64,000 nt of DNA from Octopus vulgaris (taxonomy: Eukaryota), in assembly GCA_951406725.2 (NCBI GenBank), contig OX597839.1:13516001-13580000 (forward strand), in the 5' to 3' direction. The notes beneath the pieces are model-generated. The model was not told the origin of the DNA. It was given only the letters and a program-made list of their open reading frames with translations, and ran no database searches. Shown in pieces: positions 1-41,761 of this stretch (the stretch's first letter is position 1; every line of letters begins with the position of its first letter). Made by a program: the position numbers and the translations under genes.

Positions 1-170
1 GGCCACAGTGCACTGACTGACACAACAAAAAGATAACACATACATATGTATCATCATTATCATTATCATCACCATTTAACATCTGTTGTTCATGCTGGCA
101 TGAGTTGGATGGTTTGACTAGAGCTGACAAGCTGGGGTGCTGCTCTGGACTCCAGTCTGATTTGGCTAAT

Positions 171-465
171 GACTTCAAGGGAAGACACTCCCAGCATATG
201 CACTTATTCAGATCCAGGGACAGAGACAACTCTACTTCCCTTCTTTGTTTCTTCTGGAAACTCTGTGATCTCCGAGATGAAATAACCAGCATCAAGTAGA
301 CTATTGTCGACATAGCATCACCATATTCTCCTGGTGCCCCCAACTGCCCGCTCTGCCTCTGTGAAAAACTGCATATCCTCCAACAACCTGCAGTATCCAT
401 CAACTAGAAATATGATTTATCGTATTGCTGTCACCAGAGATGTGCCCTTCTGGTAAATTTCAGGT
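171..465 (+). mobile_element. Decayed Penelope-like element, C-terminal part of the GIY-YIG endonuclease
   Basis: Frameshifted translation DFKGRHSQHMHLFR..STSL..WKL..IK*TIVDIASPYSPGAPNCPLCLCEKLHIL..IN matches the FKxR..H..SF / CxLCxxEK pattern of Penelope-type endonucleases. Confidence 0.7.
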
Positions 466-492
466 CTCTGACTGCCGACAACCTGGATATAC

Positions 493-720
493 CTATTTCT
501 TTACTACCCACAAGGGGCTAAACACAGAGAGAACAAACAAGGACAGACCAACGGATTAAGTCGATTATATCGACCCCAGTGCATAACTGGTACTTAATTT
601 ATCGACCCCGAAAGGATGAAAGGCAAAGTTGACCTTGGCGGAATTTGAACTCAGAACGTAACGAAATACGGCTACGCATTTCTCCCGGTGTGCTAACGTT
701 TCTGCCAGCTCGCCACCCTC
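493..720 (-). mobile_element. SINE family B copy (about 20 full or partial copies in the window, both strands)
   Basis: Recurrent consensus GGCGGCGAGCTGGCAGAA..GAGTTCAAATTCC (B-box-like)..GCCTTTCATCCTTTCGGGGTCGAT..AAAGAAATA. Other copies lie near 3055, 19610, 20190, 21495, 22135, 29893, 31492 and 46650. Confidence 0.85.
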
Positions 721-1894
721 TTAACCTGGATATACTACCTTAGTACCAGCTGCTACTCTGCACTGCCTGCACCAAGGTCACCATTACCAACCAACTCCAT
801 GAGCAGGACTGCCATTTACCAATCCCCTACGTTCACCAACCCCCAACACATGCCAATCCCCAATGCCCATCACTTGTTTTGCACGTGTATACATGTACAT
901 GTGCACACACATGCATGTGTGCCTGCACACTGGTATGCTTGCTTACATGTATGTACATATGAATGAATATGCATGTGTATGTGTGCATATGCGTGTGTAT
1001 GTGTGTGCACGTGCATGCATGTTTATCCAAGTCTGTGTTTGTGAATAAGTCCTGGGGTTGATTTGCTCGACTAACAGTGGTGCTCCAGCATGGCCACAGT
1101 CAAATGACTGAAACAAGTAAAAGGTATAAAAGAATACCAGATACATAGCCGCTCAAATATGTGCATATGTTTACACATTAGACAATTAAGCAAAAAAGTA
1201 CTCAAAACTATAAAATAGTGGATAATGAGTTTTTTCAGATTTATTCAGAGCTGAAGTCTTGCAATTCATTACTCGACATTATTGCACACCTCACACATCA
1301 AGCAAACTTCCTCTTTGATGTCTAAACATGATTCATCAAATATCTCAATCAATCAGATAAAGGTATATGTGACACATTTGTATGCGCTTTAAAAAATAAT
1401 AAATTGCTACAGATTATGTGTTTGATTCATCTTACGTTTCAACTAATCCCTCCTCATTCTTTCCTCAGCCAATCAGAAGTTAGCTACAATGTTTAATGTA
1501 ATATCTTTAACTAGCACTATGACCCAGCAACGCCAGGTCATAGTGCTAGTGCATGCATATACAGCTGCGTGCATACACATACACGCGAGTACTGTCCAAA
1601 TCTCTGACCAGTCACATACAGCTAGCTGGCATTCAATTGGCGTATCAAGTTTCGGGCATTTTGATTGGGTTTTGGATAGAAAATTCATAAAAAAGTCACT
1701 TCTATTGAGTTTTTAATGGCTTTGCAGGGTGACTGGGGAAATGTAAAGATGTGCACGACCACCCTTGGACGGTTTTGAATGACCGTAGAAAGTGCAAGCC
1801 CTCTAACTGAAAAATTGTGGATTTGTATAAAGGACACACACACAGACATTTTGCCGTTTATATATATAGAGATAATACATATAGGAAGTATGCT

Positions 1895-2162
1895 TGCAAT
1901 ATCGTGAACCCCTATCTTGTTCAGGACATTGGCCTGGAAACTGTTCAGAGACGTGCAACCAAGTGAATACCCTCCATCAGGCATCTCCCAAATTCTGAAC
2001 ACCTTGCTTCCTTGAGCAGAGATACATTGAAGCTCTCACTTAGTAAACACCCACAAAATTATTAACGATCGTGCCAACAACCACTTTGAGCATGACTTTG
2101 AGCTCCATGTGTCTAACACGCATGGGCATGCCTACTAAGTCAGAAAACAGCACAGCTCCCAT
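1895..2162 (+). mobile_element. Decayed CR1-like LINE 3' fragment
   Basis: Nucleotide similarity to the better-preserved copy at 24390-24850 (GACGTGCAACCAAG..ATACCCTCCATCA; AAGTCAGAAAACAGCACAGCTCCCATGA). Confidence 0.7.
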
Positions 2163-2544
2163 GAGATCAATAGAATAAGTACTAGGCTTACAAAGAATAA
2201 GTCCTGGGGGTTGATTTGCTCGACTAACAGTGGTGCTGCAGCATGGCTGCAGCCAAATGACTAAAGCAAGTAAAAGAATAAAAGAATACCAGATACATAG
2301 CTGCTCAAATATGTGCATATGTTTACATGTTAGACAATTAAGTGAAAAAGTACTCGAAACTTTAAAGGGACAAATTTGACAAGTCAGTCAGTCACCAGCT
2401 GACACTCGCTGATGATACATCGAAGAGGCCAAGGAACAGAAGAAAGAAGACATGCACCCAACACCAGAGCTGAAGACACCTCCGAAAAGGGAGGGGCACC
2501 ACTTCAAAATGGTAGGGGAGTAGGGGTCGAAACCGGACATGGTT

Positions 2545-2805
2545 CCTCCTGATGATGTCTTGAGCTAACTAGATCCTATAAAGGAGCTGTTGTGGTAACA
2601 GACCACGAAACACGGTTGTAATTTCTCAAACAGTAATGATGTCTTTGAATCGGAGTGTCTTTGCACACAAAACATCTTGATATATAATGCAATGCAGCTT
2701 GAATAGTGACTGTTGTTCACCAACCCATTCTTGAAGTAAAGATACCACACCTTTTTTCTCACCCATCATTGCTGGTGCTCCATTAGTGGTCACCCCAACC
2801 AGAAT
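2545..2805 (-). mobile_element. hAT (Buster/Charlie, GTF2IRD2-like) transposase fragment
   Basis: ORF 2626-2847(-) contains GVTTNGAPAMMGEKKGVV...LHCIIYQDVLCAK, matching the TDGAPAM / HCxxHQxxLC hAT motifs. Confidence 0.75.
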
Positions 2806-3344
2806 TTGAACACAGAATGTAAAGACTGACAAAATACCACCAGGCATTTTACTTGGTTTGCTAACAATTCTGCTTGATCACTAGGCAGAATTGTTAGCAT
2901 ATGCAGATTGCTATTTGTGTGTCATACTTAATATTAGTACATCATGACAAGTAAATTTACTGCAGTATTCATCATATCTATCTATTTATCATCTATCACT
3001 CTCTCACACACAGTCTCTTTCTCTTCACACATAGATACATACATACATATATATTTATTTACTACCCACAAGGGGCTAAACACAGAGGGGACAAACAAGG
3101 ACAGATAAGCAGATTAAGTTGATTACATCAACCCCAGTGCGTAACTGGTACTTAATTTATCGACCCCGAAAGGATGAAAGGCAAAGTCAACCTCGGCAGA
3201 ATTTGAACTCAGAACGTAATGGCAGACGAAATACGGCCACCCATTTTGCCCGGCATGCTAACGTTTCTGCCAGCTTGCCGCCTTATACATACAAGCATAT
3301 ATATGTGTGTGTGAATGAATGAGGACAGCTGCGTATATATGTGT

Positions 3345-3530
3345 GCGTATGAATGAGGACTGTTGCATAAAGAAGTGCCGATCACTAAAAGTTGATGGTA
3401 CCCATGGAAGTGGGAGACCCAGGAAGATGTGGGATGAAGTTTTAAGGACTGATCTCAGGATATTAGGCATTATGGAGAAAATGACAATGGGCTGAAATGT
3501 CTGGCAATATGAAGTTCTTGAGAAGACCCG
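3345..3530 (+). mobile_element. RTE-clade LINE 3' ORF remnant
   Basis: Translates RMNEDCCIKKCRSLKVDGTHGSGRPRKMWDEVLRTDLRILG, the GRPRKxW..D C-terminal motif of RTE elements. Confidence 0.7.
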
Positions 3531-6500
3531 CCCATGTCAGCGAGACCAAGTTCTAGAAGCACTGTGTGTTCCACCCACACTTAACAAGAAGATTTCTCAC
3601 TCACTCTACCACAACAAACCAAACTACATTTCTTCTCTTTCTCACATTTCCACTTCATGCTCTACGCTTACCTCCCAATCCTTAATCCTCTCCCCTTGGC
3701 CCTTTGCCACTGTATCATTGCTTTCCGCTAGCTTCTGACCTGTGTGTTCCACCCATGCCCTGTCTCACTGTACCATTGCATATGCCTGGCACTTTGCCAC
3801 CATCTCTATCCTGCTGTCTCCCACTCTCTCCCTCTCCTTCTCCTGCACTTCCTTCAGGTTGAGTAACCATGTATTTCCTTTGCAGCAGTGCACCTGTTTC
3901 TGTCTTCATTCCTCATCTCTCTCTCTCTCTCTTTCTCTCTCTCCAGTTGGGCAACCTTATACCTTCTCTACAGCAAGACACCTGTTTCTGTCTCTCTGTC
4001 TCACTGTAACCTTTCAACATCTGACACAAGATCACCTCCTCTAATGCCCCCTCTCCTCTCAAAAGAGGTTTTTTTTTTTGCCATGCAAGTATTTGGTGAC
4101 CCTGTTGGTGCAGGTGCCACTTAAAAGCGCCTAGTCCACACTTTAAAGTGGTTGTCATTTGGAAGGGCATCCAGTAAAAACCTTGCCAAAACTGACCTCG
4201 CCTGTGATTGTGCCACATAAAAAGCACTAAGTCCACTCTGCTGAGTGGTTGGTGTTAGGAAGGGCATCCAGCTGTATAAACCCTGCCAAAACAGTTACAG
4301 AAGTCTGGTACAGGCTTCTGCATGGCCAGCTCTTGTCAAACCATTCCAACCATGCCAATATGGAAGGTGGACATAAAACAATGATGATGATGATGATGAT
4401 ATATGAATGTATGTGTATAGTTATCGTATATCCTGTTAAGAACATAGAAGAGTACAGTATGAAGCCACCCACCTTCAGAGTTCATCCTTTGCTACTGAGT
4501 AGTAGTATTATACATACTTCCAGGTTTGCGTTTGGGCTTCTGTCGTGTGAATAGATAGAAGAAAATTTGGAGGCAACAAGATGGAGTACTGTTGGATATT
4601 TATTTTCAATCACTACAATTGTTTCTATGCAACATAGTTCTCCAGGCATGGAGGTATTTGGTTATGTAACTGTTTCCTTGCCTTATGTGATCTAGTTGTG
4701 TTTCCTCTGGTGATATACTCTTTTACTTGTTTCAGTCAGTTGACTGTGGCCATGCTGGAGCACCGCCTTTAGTCGAACAAATCAACTCCAGGACTTATTC
4801 TTTGGATACCTAGTACTTATTCTACCGATCTCTTTTGCCGGACCACTAAGTTACTGGGACGTAAACAAACCAGTATCAGTTGTCAAACGATGTTGGGGGG
4901 ACAAACACAGACACACATACATATATCATCATCATCATCATCATTTAACGTCCGTTTTCCATGCTAGCATGGGTTGGACGGTTCAACCGGGGTCTGGGAA
5001 GCCAGGAGGCTGCACCAGGCTCCGGTCTGATCTAGCAGTGTTTCTACAGCTGGATGCCCTTCCTAACGCCAACCACTCTGTGAGTGTTGTGGGCACTTTT
5101 TACGTGCCACCAGCATATACATATATACGACGGGCTTCTTTCAGTTTCTATCTACCAAATCCATTCACAAGGCTTTGGCCAGCCCGAAGCTATAGTAGAA
5201 GACACTTGCCCAAGGTGCCACGCAGTGGGACTGAACCCAGAACCATGTAGTTGGTAAGCAAGTTACTTACCACACAGCCACTCCTATGCCTATATGTAAA
5301 TATTGTCTCCATAGGTTCAAATTCTCAGCTTCAAGAGCATCCTTTTTTGTCTGTTGTGGCCTGATATATGAATGTGTATATGCATGCATGCAAACATATG
5401 TCTGTCAGAGGGCAGTTTAGCTTAATGGTAGAGTACTTAGCTGGCATCCAAGGAGTGCAAGTTTGAGTCCCATGGCTGTCTGTTGACAACATTTTTCCAT
5501 CTTATAAAGGTAATAATACCCAATCTTTCTGCTGTTTTCACAGCTATACTGTATTTGGAATATTACTTTCTTGTCTGTACAATTTGTCTGTCGGTGTGTG
5601 TGTGTATGTGCGTACATCCACACTCTAATAATCACTAGAGAACTTAATACCTGGCATGGAAGTTAAGTAGACCATGCTAAAATTTCAATTGTCTTTATTT
5701 CTTAAACAGGTTATAATACTTGCATATATAAAATACCTGTAAACACATCAGTATCGAATATTAAAATTTATTCTCTGAAGAACAGACAAGTATTGCACCC
5801 TGAATAAAAGAGATATCTGTGTAAGAATCTGAACTTTTAATGCCATGATGCGTTTGTCTGAGGCTATATACATGAACACACACACATACACATAATTTCA
5901 TCATTATTTTCATTTTTATATATATAATTATATATATGTTATATATGTCATATATAATACACACACATATGTGTGTTTATATATATATGTGTGTGTATTA
6001 TATATGTACTGTTTTTATCTTTATTTGTATTGCTTTTACTGTCCTGTTCTTGTCACTTTTTACCCCTCTGCAAAAAAATCCCAAATTTTATTTAATTTGC
6101 TTTGCGGGAAGGATTGTTTCAATGGAGTCGTGTCCTGCCCTTACCTTCGAAACATGCAATAAGTCGAAACAGGGGCAGCTGAAGAAGGGGAATATTCCTT
6201 GTGTTGTATGTCTTGTACTCTGTTTTTATGTTGTTAAAAAAAGTTTGTTTCCATGTTTTGTTTTTATGTTTTTCTTTCTTGTTGTGTTCTACGTTTTTTT
6301 GTGGTGACCTGTACCCATATATGCATGTATATATACATATAGATGTAGGTATGTACATATATGTATGTATGCATATGTTTTATTTATTAAATTGTTATTA
6401 TATATATATATATATATATATATAATTATAAAGGTTTTTTTATTTCCATACTAGCTACCTGATAAAATTATTAGATTTTACTCTATATTATATATATGTA

Positions 6501-8114
6501 TATATATATATGGAGGTACTGAAAACTTCCTAACTTTAAGGGTATCATGAAAGTTCTTTTACTTGCCTTAGAAAAACTGAAGGACTATTGCAATAAGTGT
6601 GTGAAAGGCAAATGTGTTGAATAATCTCATAAGTAACTTATCTTCCTGTATTTTCTTTTACCCAATGAGTGGGAAAATATGCGAGATTTGTCGCATATTT
6701 TAGATGTCAAGGTTGCTGTGAACATTGGTCTTTTATGCATCCTTCTTCCTGCGTCTCCGTTCTCTAGACTGACTCAGTATTGTCACTGTGCTAACCTTTC
6801 ATTTTGCTGTCATCGACGAATGTCATTGATATTAGTGCAGCAGCAGATGCAGAAAGATATGCAGTCATCAGTGTCACGAAAACCCTTCATTACTGTAATG
6901 ACAAACAACTTTGGCTTTCCGTTCTAGTTTTATTATTGTTGTTATTGTTTTCAATTTTAATAGGATACGACCAAATGCACACATGCACACACATACCCAA
7001 GCACATGAATGCACACACACACACAAACTTATACACAGTCATGAACAAACACACATTCCCTTTCTCTCTGTTTTTATGAACATGGAGCGGCTGTGTGGTA
7101 AGTAGCTTGCTTACCATCCATATGGTACCGGGTTTAGTCCCACTATGTGGCACCTTGGGCAAATGTTTTCTACTATAGCCTCCGCCGACCAAAGCCTTGT
7201 GAGTGGATTTGGTAGACGGAAACTGAAAGAAGCCCGTCGTATATATACCTCACCCGGGGCACTGATATTTTATATATCAGTGGTGGTGCCCCAGCATGGC
7301 CGCGGCCTTTGGGCTAAAACATTTTTAAGGATTTAAGGATATATGTGTGTGTGTGTGTGTGTGTGTCTGTGTTTGTCCTCCCAACATCGCTTGACAACCG
7401 AAGCTGGTGTGTTTACATCCCTGTAACTTAGCGGTTCGGCAAAAGAGACTGATAGAATAAGTACTAAGCTTACAAAGAATAAGTCCTGGGGTCGGCTCCA
7501 GCATGGCCGCAGTCAAATGACTGAAACAAGTAAAAGAGTAAAGAGTATACATGCTGGGACTTATGAAAGGAAAGCTTTATATCCACACACACACACTTGC
7601 AGTCTGTTGGTGATGATGATAGGTGTTTCAGTTGATCTGATCAACAGAACAGCCAGCTTGTGAAATGCTATGTCCAAGTGGTTGAGTAGCCCACATATAC
7701 ACATACCTTTAATGCGGTTCTTGAGGAGATTCAGCCTGACCCAGAATGTGGTAAGGCTGACCCTTTGAAATACAGGTACTACTCATTTTTACTATCTGAC
7801 TGGACTGGAGCTATGTGAAATAAAGTGTCTTGCTCAAGGACACTATGTCCCAGCAGGAATTGAGCTCTGCCCCCCCCTCTCCCCTTACGATTTTGAACTG
7901 AATGCCCTAACCAGTTTGCTACACACATTTATATTACTCAGAACAAAATGCATTTATGTATGTATAATATATGTGTGTGTGTGTGTGTGCATACACATTT
8001 CTGTTATTCCTTGTATCTTTTATGTGTGTATATATACACACACATATATACATAATGTGTGTATACATATATGGCATCTCAATAATATCCACACACACAC
8101 ATATGTATTTCGAA

Positions 8115-8716
8115 CTTTAGGCCTCACCGAGGCAATGACTAGTGACCAAGACTTTTGGAAATATGCTGTGCTTGAGAAGACCCGGCAAGCCAAATGAGAC
8201 CATAACCTCGTGGCCTATGCCAGGGGCATAACCAGCCCACTTATGTGTACCTTTCCTTCTTTGGACCCTAAACGCTGCTTGTGAAGGCCTGTTGAGGCAA
8301 GTGAAATCGAAATCAAATTCGATGACTGGCATCTGTGCTAGTGGGGCGCTAAGAGCACCATCTGAGCGTGATCGTTGCCAGAGCAGCTAACTGGCTTCCA
8401 TGCCAGTGGCATGTAGAAGGCACCATTTAAGCGTGATTGTTACCAGCGTAATCTTACTGGCACTTGTGCCGGTGGCACGTGAAAAAAACATTTGAGTGAG
8501 GTCATTGCCAGTACCGCCTGACTGGCCCTTGTGCTGGTGGCACGTAAAAGCCACTACACTCTCGGAGTGGTTGGTGTTAGGAAGGGCATCCAGCTGTAGA
8601 AACTCTGCCAGATCAAGATTGGAGCTCGGTGCAGCCATCTGGTTCGCCAGTCCTCAGTCAAATCGTCCAACCCATGCTAGAATGAAAAACAGATTTTAAA
8701 TGATGATGATGATGAT
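8115..8716 (+). mobile_element. RTE-derived 3' end/UTR with (ATG)n tail; related copies near 4100-4400, 18810-19200, 26950-27395, 43670-43850 and 61250-61712
   Basis: Begins with the same CTTGAGAAGACCCG RTE terminus as near 3517, has internal GAGCGTGATCGTT/ACTGGCAC subrepeats and ends in GATGATGAT. Confidence 0.6.
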
Positions 8717-9423
8717 ATGCACACATACAAACTCACACAAATCATTTCATTTCCTGGTGTCCATGCATTATACGTGTGCACACTCCCAATTTTTTTTAAC
8801 CACCAGAATAACTTGAGACTAATGAAAAGAAAGCTTTATACTGCTCAGAACATTAAAAAAAACAGGTTAACTAAATCTCAAAACAAACATGGACGTTTAG
8901 GACACACCTTAATGTCAATGATGATGATGATAACTTGGGACTTATGAAAGGAAAGTTTGATTTTCCTCAGAACGTATGAAATAAGGGTTAATTAAAAAGC
9001 TGAAAACAAGCATGACCACTTAAGAGACACTTATGAAATGCTTTGTACAGGCAAGGGTTAAACTGTAGTGAGTGTGGTAAGTTGAAGGCAGAGAAGTCTA
9101 GGATAGTCTGGATTTGTCATTTGCATTTGGTTTCAAAGAACCTTCAGGTATTATATATTCTGAAGGTCATTGTTGCTCTGCAGAGTTCATATCAACCAGA
9201 AAAAATGAAGTCAGTCCTGAAAATACATTCTTTATGTTTGTTAGAGTGCCCTGAAAATGGTTTGGGAAAAGATGTTGAGTCTTTGAGGTCGATAGATGAC
9301 ACATAAGTATAATGTTCTTCTGTATCACATGAATTATCTGTGACTCACAGACGGCAAAGGTGATGGTAAATACACACGCATATATCTACATATACACACG
9401 TACAAGTATACATACATACACGC

Positions 9424-9464
<41 letters not shown>

Positions 9465-9727
9465 GATATATATATTTAAACAATACATACATGCAATATA
9501 TATACATATAATATATATATACATATATACTTACACCTATACATGTATACATTACATACATACACGCGCGCGCGCGCACACACACATCTGCGTGTATGTG
9601 TGGGCGCGCTTGCACATAGTTACATTGTAAGGTCCTGGGAGTGTTTGTTGTCCCCTTTATCTTGGATTTTAACCCCAAACAATCGTACACCAAGATTAGA
9701 TATGTTTACATAGACAAAATGGATTAC

Positions 9728-9791
<64 letters not shown>

Positions 9792-10068
9792 TGTGTATAT
9801 GTTCGTATACGTGTATGTATGTGTGCGTATATACATTTGTACATAAAATGTCTGTATACATACATGGCATATATATATATACACACATACAAGTGGTGGT
9901 GGTTGTGGTAAAGTTAATTCAGTGCAACTACTACTACTACCACCACTACTGTTATTATTAATGATAGCGGGGAAGGTGGAGGCAACACGCCAACTGCTGC
10001 TGCTGCTGTTATAATAGAGACGTGGGGGAGGAGGAAGAGGTAATATTGTGTAGAGTTGTATGTGTAGA

Positions 10069-10078
10069 GTCACGTGAC
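10069..10078. promoter_or_regulatory. Palindromic E-box GTCACGTGAC (CLEAR/USF-type) about 100 bp upstream of the SLC25A11 ATG
   Basis: Exact 10-bp palindrome in unique sequence close to the start codon. Function is inferred. Confidence 0.55.
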
Positions 10079-10181
10079 CTGCTCTAAGCTAACCAATTTT
10101 CCTTCAGTGAATGGAGAAAAAGTTAAGGAAGGTCGAGGTCTAAAGTGTTCCATTGCCGGGATACCATTCAATCTACAGGAC

Positions 10182-38747
<28,566 letters not shown>

Positions 38748-40460
38748 TGTTTAACAATTGGCAGCTGAACCATCAGTTGTCAATTGTTTACAGCATAATA
38801 CTTGTCAGGAGTTGTTGAAAAAAGAAGAAAAAAAACTGATACACACTTGTATACTCACACAATGTATGTATATATTTATGTATACTTGCATACATTAACA
38901 CACACATACCATATAAGTGGGTTCAAAGTCATACCTGATCAGCGAAGTATGACCCTGTTAAAGTGATTGAACTTTTGATGTTTAGAATTAAATTGATTTT
39001 GTGGTAAATACTAAAAAGCAGGGGGGGGGAAAAAAATGGAAAAAAAAAAAAAAAATCACTCCGGGTTTCATTGTCTGTAGGAGGGTGGGGTGTAATACTA
39101 AAAATGTGGATTGAAAAAAATTATTCAGTAGAACAATTTGTTTTGTAATTTCTACAGCTTATGGTTTATTAGAAAGGGGTGGGGAAAAAAATTGGATAAC
39201 ATTAACAATTTGAAAGGAATCGAAAGACTTAATGATCATATCTAATGAACATGTACTTTTGTGTGCCTTTTTACCATACACAGATGGCTTTTTAATCAGG
39301 AATTTTTTCAGGTCTTCCTGCTGCGGTGTCCCTTTCCAAATGTCTATCTTATATTTGTTCAACATCATGATTTCTGTGAATTTCATGTCATCGTAAGCAG
39401 AGAAACCATGACAATATACACCCATTCCTGATTCCTCAGTGAAAAACCATCCCTCCAGTTCATATACGCTTACCAGCCTAACTTCCGAAGGCAACTAAAG
39501 TAGAAAGTGTCCGACTAATAGCATCCCTATTTAACGATTTTAGTCCAGTATTTATTTTGTGTAGCTCTAATATTTCTTAGACTCAGTAAATTTTCAAATA
39601 AAGTATTTTTTTTTAAATGCCTCATGATTGTATTAATTATTTTAAAATTTTATTTTATTTCTATTTATTATTATTATTATTATTTTGCATGAAGCCTGAC
39701 AGAGGCCAAATCATTTTCCTGAAACTCAGTACAGAACAAAACAAACTGAATTATTCCAACCAGACTAAAATCGGTAGGCACCAGTCCAACCTGAACCCTC
39801 TCCTTAATCTCTTAATACACTTGCCACACATTTCATTCCTTATCTTGGGCTCATTCTTTCATTCATGTCTCTTCCCATCTGTTACATGATTAAGGCCCCA
39901 TGTCCTCTAAGTGGTTTACTCACAGCTGTGCCACAAACTCCTTCACAACTTGCAACCACTTGAGTCCCTCGCCACGATGGATTTGTACATATTTTACAAA
40001 TACCTCCTGCCCATCACCAGTCAAATAAGGTAGGTACTCCTGCAGAGAAAGCTTCCATAGATGACCCTAATTCTTCTAACTATCCACCATATTGCTCTCG
40101 CTTTTATTTCCAGCGGTTCTCATGATCACCAGCAACTTTCGTAGAACCAGAAATAGCAGGTCTCTGAAAGTAAGGACTTTTTTACCCCATCTTTTTTTCC
40201 TTAATACAAAAGATTTTGTTATCCAATCTGCATTGAGTTTAAAATCCCACACTGCTAGAAATAACAGCTAAATTATCCTTACTTAAAAAAGGACAGTGTT
40301 TGACAACCTATAGTGATTAAATGTTTGTTGTACATTAGCATCTCACACACAAAGAATGAAAAGAAATAAAGAACAGAAACCAGAATATTTTATAATCCAC
40401 ATCTTATTTGTTTAGTGTAATCTAAATGTGACATCACAGAACAGTCTTATTAAAACATCT

Positions 40461-40621
40461 TCATAGTTTCAGCAACATAGGGGCCACGAGGGAATCGGCC
40501 TTCTCCTGGCTGTCCAATGCCTTCACAATGGCTAACGCAAACTCAAATGCCGTTCCGGGTCCACGACTTGTAATCAGTCGTCCATCCACAACGACACGGT
40601 CTTCACTGTAATTGTAACCAG
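40461..40621 (-). CDS. PARK7: PARK7 last coding exon ([32 protein letters not shown]...PMLLKL*)
   Basis: Acceptor cctcag|CT, stop TGA at 40463-40461. Confidence 0.95.
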
Positions 40622-41718
40622 CTGAGGGAAGAAAAATAAGAAAAACAACTCTTAGTCATAAAATCATTTTAACCCTTTACATTCAGATTACTTTGTCAAA
40701 TGTTATACAGTAATCCCTCACCATATCGCAGTTTATTATTTAAGCTTACGTCAATTCTTCCATAGTGTTGTTTTGCATTTATAATAAAATAAATATATAC
40801 ATAGGCGCAGGAGTGGCTGTGTGGTAAGTAGCTTGCTAACCAACCACATGGTTCCGGGTTCAGTCCCACTGCGTGGCATCTTGGGCAAGTGGATTTGGTA
40901 GACGGAAACTGAAAGAAGCCTGTCGTATATATGTATGATGATGATGATATATATATATGTGTGTGTTTGTCCCCCTAGCATTGCTTGACAACTGATGCTG
41001 GTGTGTTTACGTCCCCGTCACTAGAGACCGATAGAATAAGTACTGGGCTTACAAAGAATAAGTCCCGGGGTCGATTTGCTCGACTAAAGGTGGTGCTCCA
41101 GCATGGCTGCAGTCAAATGGCTGAAACAAGTAAAAGAGTAAATTCTAAAAATAATTTTTAAAATACAGTATAGTTTCTACTTAGCTTTTATAATAAAATA
41201 AATATATACAAATTCTAAAAATAATAATAATATATTTTAATAATTATTTTTATAATTTGTATATATTTATTATATTATAAACTATACTGTATTTTAAAAA
41301 TTATATAGTTTCTACTTAGCGTTCATAATTAAATAAATATATACAAATTCTAAGAATAATTTTTAAAATACAGTATAGTTTCTACTTAGCAAATTTTCAC
41401 TTATCGCAAACAGGGGCTGGAACGTAACACCCACAATAGTTGAGAGATTACAGTATTATTTTATTCCAGTCATTTGACTGCAGCCATGGCGGAGCACTGC
41501 CTTAAAGGGTTTTAGTCGAAGAAATTGCCCCCAAGGGCTTATTCTTTATAGGCCTAGTAATTATTCTATCAGTCCCTTTTGCTGGACATAAACACATCAG
41601 TATCGGTTGTCAAGTGCTGTGGGGGTACAAACACACCACATATATACATACACATATTCACACACATAATATACATATATATATCCACATACATATATAT
41701 ATATACACATACATATAT

Positions 41719-41761
<43 letters not shown>

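Noticed and set aside
2525-2562. GAAAC...CTGATGA as a permuted hammerhead
   Set aside because: No stem I hairpin or stem II partner can be formed, and it overlaps the end of the hAT fragment.
5413-5480. tRNA-like sequence (TAGCTTAATGGTAGAG..AGTTTGAGTCCC)
   Set aside because: No intact acceptor stem or cloverleaf; a decayed SINE head or pseudogene. The same applies to 33955-34024.
10074-10181. In-frame N-terminal extension of SLC25A11 from GTG 10074
   Set aside because: A non-ATG start inside the E-box. ATG 10182 gives a normal-length carrier.
39159-39494. 111-aa minus-strand ORF between the two genes
   Set aside because: Non-ATG start, no recognisable domain, and it lies in the probable 3'UTR.
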